NCBI GenBank assembly: GCA_977017575.1
Contig: CDRNVI010000051.1
Location: forward strand, 62,001-126,000
Direction of reading: 5' to 3'
Origin: Paramoeba atlantica
Lineage: Eukaryota > Protista > Discosea
DNA length: 64,000 nucleotides
Below the pieces are notes generated by a model. It did not search any database, was not told the DNA's origin, and saw only the letters and a program-made list of their open reading frames with translations. Of the stretch, positions 57,720 to 64,000 are shown piece by piece. The position numbers were made by a program, and so were the translations under genes. Each line of letters begins with the position of its first letter. Within the stretch, counting starts at the first letter, position 1.

Positions 57720-58500
57720 CACTGGGTCACATAATCCTTGTGACACCTGGAGTTCTTGATTTTGAATCGGAACAGTCTTTCTGCCTTTTCCGACACATCC
57801 GCTGTGTCGTCTAGTGGCTTGAACACCAGCTCTGCCCTCTCCGCAATTGACGATCCCGACTGGGCCAAGCGATGAGTCAGGTTGATCCTGTGAGGATCAG
57901 TGGAATGGGGAAGAGAGTATAGCGATATAGCCTGTAGGCTTCCGTGAAAGACACTGAGTGTCACGAAGATGGAATCCATGAGGGCTTAGCAAAGCGTTTT
58001 TTCACGGACACAGAATTGTTATCAGTTACAGACCCATGGATGAGCACCTGCTTGGATGCTCAACTTTTAGACGATGCATTAGCAGTTAAAAATAGTGTGC
58101 AGTCTAAATTCGATGAATAGTGCGGCTCCCCAGAGGTCAGCAACTCGCTAGTTGCGGAGCCCACAACTTCCCAATGCTCCTGCTCAATGTTGGATTGAAT
58201 CCAACGTTGAATCCGCCGAGGTGTCGAACACGCTTGTTTTTGGAGAAACAAGTTTTTCCAAGTTAACGATACGTTGCGTTAAGTTGGCAGTTCGTCTGTA
58301 ACAGAATAAGACGCAAAGTGCTTGGAAGAAATTCCCATGAAAGGGTTCCTTGAAGTCCCATACGCTGCCAGTCAATGCGAATAGCCTTCCATCAGAATTT
58401 AGTCTAACGTTTCTCCATTCTTGAATGGGTTTGCTTGGGTCCCATGAAGGATCAGAGTTCTTAATATTATTGCGGTGGTTGTATAACTCCCGCTCTACAC
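57720..58500 (-). pseudogene. LRR family pseudogene
   Basis: SDPSWDPSKPIQEWRNVR cap, then GTLSWEFLPSTL in another frame; multiple disablements. Confidence 0.65.
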
Positions 58501-59544
58501 TCGATAATTGAAAAAAAAGTGAACAAAAACAGTGAAAATATAAAGAGGAACACAGTAATATAATAGAAGAAAAAAATAGAAAAGGGGGCTCCGGTGGTCC
58601 AAAACTGAAAAAAAAATTGAAAAAAATGGGGGGTCCATGGGGGGGGTCCATGGGGGGGGTCCAGGGGGGGGTCCAGGGGAGGGGGTCATGGTCGAGCAAA
58701 TTTTTTCGAAAAAATTATTTTTCAAAACAAAACCGCCGAAGGGGTAGCCGGGCTCTTTTCCACCCCCCTCCGCAGGACCGGTCCGCCAAGTTCGGATTTC
58801 TTCGGAAAAAAAAATTTGAAAAAAAATTCAACTTGGCGAAAAAAATGGATTTTTTTTCCCACAATCGTTTCCCATATTGTATTTTGATAGTTTGGGACCT
58901 ATACTAGCTTTCTCCGCAGTTGTTTTCGCAAGATATCCCTTCTTCGAGCCATGGTGCGCCCCTGAAAATGACCCGTTTTTGACTAAAAAAGGTGAAAAAG
59001 TATTTTTCGGACCCCAAGGGGCCTTTTTATGTCAAAAGAATGGTCTGGTTGGAGTCGTATTCTCTACGCAATACGTTCGATAGGCTTTCGTTCATGCCTA
59101 CGAGTGATTTCCCACGCACAAAATGTCGGATTTAGTGCTCTGAGAGCAAAAATACGCGAAAATCACCCCATTTTTACCCGAAAATCAGATATTTTTGCTG
59201 TATCAAAAAAAAAAAATTGTCTCGTGATTTTAACCTCTCAGTAAAGATTGTAAGAAAATACGTTAGCGAAAAAAACTTGACCCCAGAATACACTTTGAGC
59301 CCTGAACGAAAAAAATGTATTGAATCTCGAAGAAATAGAATAAAGAAAAATAGGCTATGTCTCTACTTCGTTGAATATTCAACGAAGCGCCGTCGGTACG
59401 TTGAACGATTCAGCGAATGGGATTTTAATTTTTTTTCGAGCGAGCGTTCGATTTTTTTAACATTTTAAATTGTCTTAACGGAGCAACAAAGGTAGCGCGT
59501 GGTACTAGATTTTTTTCACCGATATTTTCTAGGATTCTGCCAGC

Positions 59545-59768
59545 GAAGCTCACTTCTGGAGGCAAAAGCCCCCGTCTGCGAGCAAGGCCCAACTGTGAGC
59601 GAAGCCCACTTCTGGAGGCAAAAGCCCCCGTCTGCGAGCAAGGCCCAACTGTGAGCGAAGCCCACTTCTGGAGGCAAAAGCCCCCGTCTGCGAGCAAGGC
59701 CCAACTGTGAGCGAAGCCCACTTCTGGAGGCAAAAGCCCCCGTCTGCGAGCAAGGCCCAACTGTGAGC
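59545..59768. repeat. 4 x 56-bp tandem repeat inside the Merlin
   Basis: Unit starts at 59545, 59601, 59657 and 59713; near-identical, no spacers. Confidence 0.95.
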
Positions 59769-59930
59769 GTAGCCCTGGGACATAATTATATTTTTTGGCG
59801 ACCCGCGCGCTGGAGCGCGCGGGTCGCGCACTGAGAACTGTATGTCTGCCACTTCCACAGGATTCTGGACTATTCTTTAATATTGATGTGTAGAAAACAC
59901 GGCATTTTTCTTTTGCTGATCCTATTTTGA

Positions 59931-61124
59931 ATGAACAACAACAGTGATACTGGAAATACTTCGGAAGCATTTTTGCGCCGCTTCATGGCTTTCTTGGAAA
60001 CACAAGTTTCTCTCACCAATAGTAGCGTTAAAAATCGTGAAGATGACCCATCTTGGACTGAGGGTACAATTCCTCCCTTCGAAGCACACAGAGTGTGTCG
60101 GGGGTGCGAGGGCTTCGCGTGCGTTCGGGTATGGCCAAACATGCGATACATTCCTCAGGGGGAAGCGGCCGAGGTGTGGATGAAGAATCATGGACTCTTG
60201 TCGGAACCGCAATGTAAACGTCACGGGGGGGAGTTCATGGTGGGGATCAAGGGGAGCCTTCAGTTTTTTGAGTGCACTCATCGGGGGGAGGGTGACACCA
60301 GTGCGTGCAGGGCAAGGGTTTTTCGGTATGCACCTTACTTGAGCAGCCGATCTAGCGTCACTCTTACCACCCTTCTTCTAATCTGGGCGGACATAGCAAA
60401 TAATTTGACGACTGGACAAATCGCCCGTAACCGTGGAGTGCGTCAGAGGGCAGTAACTAATCTCCTGCACATGGTTTCGAACGCCGCTTATTTTCGCCAG
60501 GAGAATGTCGACTTTAATTTTTCGAAGTTGCAAGTCGATGAAACTTTCATTGGGAAAAGAAAGTATCACCGCGGAAAGCGGGTTAGAAAGGTTGGGTGGT
60601 GGTTTGTCACCGTCACGGAGATTGATGACCGGAAAATGGGGAGAACGCACTGGAAGCTGGTCAAGCGAAGGGACCAGAATACGCTTCTCATTTTTATCAC
60701 TCCCCATTTAACGAGTGCACGTTCAGTGGTGGTGACTGACGAGTGGCGGGGGTATATTAACTTTGGGGAGTACTGCCGCCATTTTACTGTAAATCACAGT
60801 AAAGAATTCGTGACCCTAAAAGGGCACCATACAAACCATGCGGAGGCTGCGCACCGGACAATCAAACATTGGATAAAGCAACAACACTACAATTATGGTA
60901 TGTCTTCAATAGATCTGCACCGCAATGTGGCCTTGCAATGCGTAAAGTACGGGTATGGGAAAACAGAGCGCAAAGAAGCATGGCAGGTGCGTTTTATTAA
61001 TATACTTGAGTGCATCCGCGATTTCTACGGATGCGAGGACATTGAAATCATGAATGATCTCAGCGATAGTTTCTGCAGCTTTTCTGAAGCTAGCCAAGAA
61101 ACTCTTTCCTGTGAGGAAGAGTAA
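59931..61124 (+). CDS. Merlin/ISXO2-like DDE transposase, 397 aa, open frame
   Basis: LQVDETFIGKRKYHRG, VVTDEWRGY, FTVNHSKEFV...HTNHAEAAH. Confidence 0.92.
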   Translation: MNNNSDTGNTSEAFLRRFMAFLETQVSLTNSSVKNREDDPSWTEGTIPPFEAHRVCRGCEGFACVRVWPNMRYIPQGEAAEVWMKNHGLLSEPQCKRHGGEFMVGIKGSLQFFECTHRGEGDTSACRARVFRYAPYLSSRSSVTLTTLLLIWADIANNLTTGQIARNRGVRQRAVTNLLHMVSNAAYFRQENVDFNFSKLQVDETFIGKRKYHRGKRVRKVGWWFVTVTEIDDRKMGRTHWKLVKRRDQNTLLIFITPHLTSARSVVVTDEWRGYINFGEYCRHFTVNHSKEFVTLKGHHTNHAEAAHRTIKHWIKQQHYNYGMSSIDLHRNVALQCVKYGYGKTERKEAWQVRFINILECIRDFYGCEDIEIMNDLSDSFCSFSEASQETLSCEEE

Positions 61125-64000
61125 AAAAATTGAGTGTCATACCTGGTCTATTCTTTTTCATTTTTAACTCCTTTTATACATGTGTATAGATCCGTTTGTG
61201 CATAGTGTTTTGTACATTATAGGTCAGGGACATTGTTAGATATATACTTTCGTGATCTCACAATGTTGGGGATTAGCGACCCCCACCTTTCCGAGCTACG
61301 TCCACAGCAACGTTTTTTTACAGGGTTCGCAGAAACTATAATATAGTAAAATATAATTTTTTTCATTGAATATAGTTACTATATAGTACTATATTTACTA
61401 TATTTTACTATAAAACTATAAGAAAACTTTAAAGTTTTTTTCACTTTACAATTGATATTTTTTGAGTTCTCTCCGCTTGTGAAGGATATACACACCCCTC
61501 TACACGCGTTCTTACACGCTTACATACGTATGATACAAGAAATTCTACACGTATGACAAGAAATTCTAAAAAAATGTAACCCAAGCTAAAGTTGACGGGG
61601 GAGATACTAAAAACACCTTTGGCAAACCACCATAAAAATGGAAGGGTCTGCCCCTTAAATGTTCTTTGGTCACGTTGGAATCCTTTACAAACCGGGAGAC
61701 ATCATTCCATTTTGTGGTGGTTTAAAGGTGCTTTTAGAACCTCCCTCGTCCACTTTAGCCTGGGTTACATAGCTATCGAAACGTGCTCCCTCTTCCCCGC
61801 GGTTCCATCGCCGCCGAAAAATACCATCAGCTAGTACGTCATTTCCCCGGAAATAGCGATGAAACGCACGCGAAAGGAGTGACGATAGGAAGCACAAACT
61901 CTCCACCGGACAGCACACCGCGTAATTTATTCAGACTCACATGATTGTAAAAATTTTTTTTATACTTTCGTCGAACTGAGTTTTTCTGTGGTTTTACTCG
62001 GTATCGTGTAAAGCCTTGGGGTACATCTTCTCCAAGTATAGACCAGGTATGTATTATTCTACGCGCGCTATATTATACTATGCTATATGTAGATTCATTT
62101 TCAAATAATTTTTTGAATGCAAGTTACCAAAACAAGTGTTATCCCTTAAATAATAGAACTTTCTTTTTTCCCAAAAAATCTTGCACCTATATTTTCTAAT
62201 AATGCACGACGTATCTAACACCATGTTTCATCCGTGCGTTTCACATTCATTCACAGGAATCTCCAAACGGGTTAAACAACAACAACAACAACAGAAATGT
62301 ACATGAGATCGACTTGTCGAAACAGAGTTTCTAGTACCACGCGCTCCCTTACTTGATCCGTTGAGACAATTTAAAATGTTAAAAAAATCGAACGCTCGCT
62401 CGAAAAAAATTAAAATGCCGTTCGTTGAATATTCAACAAAGTAGAGACGTACCCGAAAAATATTGCCCCTCTCTATCTCGCCGGTGTGCCAAAAATTAAC
62501 TCGGGTAGGCAAATAAAGGCTAAACGAAGTGGGGGAGGTACTAAAGTGTCGTAAAGCACGGTGCTTCATGATCTTTCAATCATGGGGTATGACTATTTAC
62601 AGACAAAAAAAATCTTTGATACTAGTGATGGCCGAAAGAACATGTCGGTAGCACCCGGTGAAAAAGCCGCTCCACGTCAAAAAGTACGCTGGGCGCCTAG
62701 ATGTCAAGTTTGGGGTGCTATAGGAGTAGGGTGGAGATACTTAGTTGTTCTGGACTCTGACTCGTCTATCACGAGCATGTCCTACATTAAGACACTTCCC
62801 ATGGAATTGTATTTTTCAGCAAGACGGGGCCACGGCGCACACCGCGCGCGCCTCTAAGGAGTATTACGAATAGAATGAAAGATCTATTGAACAATTGCCC
62901 CCCAATTCACCAGACCTTTCCCCCATAGAAAACGTCTGGTCTATGGTGCAAGAGGTAGTGGACGAGCAGACCCCATCTGACAAATCTTCACTCATCCGAT
63001 GCATACGCAATGCGTGGTCTCGTTTGTCACAAAAAATGATTGATAAAACGGTTTTGAGTTTCGATGCTCGCCTCAAAGCGTGTATAAGATTGAAAGGCGA
63101 AAAAGTGAAAAAATGGTAAATGTTAAATATAAACTATCATGAAAGATATTTTTGATTCCGGTTTTTAGCGCACAAAGACATTGTGTTGAGATCTGCAAAA
63201 TGCAACAAAAATCAGCTCAAACGGACACTTGGATGAAAAGTTAGGGGGGGGGGTTTGGCTGTGGGGGGTTTATTTTTATATTTTTGAATTTAAACGCATT
63301 CTTTAGAACGTTTTTCGTTCCAAAATCAGGCAAAAAAGGGGGAAAAAATTGAGGTCTCTTTTAAAACGGGTTCCGGGTTATTGTGCCCCCCTGCACAATA
63401 ACTGGTTCTAGGCACAACAACTAAATATTGGAACGAACCAAAAAAGGGTAAACAAAAATTGGCCTCGCTTCGCGGCGCCTTTTTTACGGACAAACATGTT
63501 CATATGCAGAATTACTTCTATTTAAGAGGTGCTTTGTTAAATAAAGTCAATTACGAGAAAATGGGAATAAAACACCCATTTTCGTGCCGCCAATATTGTG
63601 GAGGGGGGCAAAATAATAATGGTCGTTTCCACTTATTGTGCCCCCCTGCACAATAACTGGGTCTAGGCACATTAACCCGGAACAAGGTTTAATATAGAGT
63701 AGCGAGGGAGTAGTATCCCCTTCAATATAAGTTAATGACTGTAACAATATTCACAGCCCTATCTTCAGTCCGTGATGCTCAAGAGATTTGTTATCATAGC
63801 GTTTCAAGTGTTTGACAGTGAATCGTCATCATGTGAAATTTGCTGAATACGTACCATGAACGTTAAATATACTACAAAATCGAGAAATTGAGTGCACACT
63901 TCTTTGTATAGAATCTGGTCGCTCACATACGTGTATCACCACTGAGGGTGTATCACCACAGTGGTTTCAGTTGATCTTGCCCCTCCTCGGAAAATTGATT

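Larger units (their letters stand above)
59353..62454 (+). mobile_element. Complete Merlin (IS1595-like) DNA transposon
   Basis: Imperfect ~130-160-bp TIRs starting GG; 8-bp duplication GAAAAATA at 59345-59352 and 62455-62462; internal tandem repeats. Confidence 0.9.
59205..63270 (+). mobile_element. Tc1 element (same family as 55360-56290) split by a Merlin
   Basis: N-terminal SRDFNLS..KYVSEKNL at 59217, C-terminal PPNSPDLSPIENVW at 62895, family-matching right end followed by TA at 63271. Confidence 0.8.

Noticed and set aside
59545-59768. CRISPR-like array
   Set aside because: Contiguous 56-bp units without unique spacers, inside a Merlin, and no cas genes
63380-63680. ~40-bp direct repeats as LTRs
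   Set aside because: Too short, only ~255 bp apart, and no TG..CA ends or internal coding sequence
1-64000. Prokaryotic origin of the window
   Set aside because: No operons; eukaryotic TE superfamilies, TMEM184 and SL-like motifs dominate; IS30 is the only bacterial-type element

Overview
Eukaryotic, intron-poor DNA that most resembles a kinetoplastid, possibly a Perkinsela-like prokinetoplastid (an inference from the SL-like motifs, single-strand gene layout and LRR family type). Every recognisable host gene lies on the minus strand, as in a polycistronic directional gene cluster. These genes are about 16 copies or relics of a short leucine-rich-repeat (LRR) family, a TMEM184/Ost-alpha membrane protein and a GC-rich 1171-aa ORF. 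They sit among many transposons: Tc1/IS630, pogo, hAT, PIF/Harbinger plus MITEs, an apparently complete Merlin, and a bacterial-type IS30 cleanly split by a Tc1. The most striking signal is two diverged ~5-kb non-LTR retrotransposons (RT plus restriction-like endonuclease, HERO-like motifs). They carry arrays of Mer3/HFM1-type Cys/His fingers, and both begin with a copy of the kinetoplastid spliced-leader (mini-exon) 3' end. One of them also ends directly on an SL-RNA-like gene (exon + GT donor + hairpin), followed by a tandem structured-RNA pair and a second SL-like copy. This suggests an SL-hijacking or SL-targeting retroelement lineage distinct from CRE/SLACS. All family assignments are by eye from motifs; no database searches were run.
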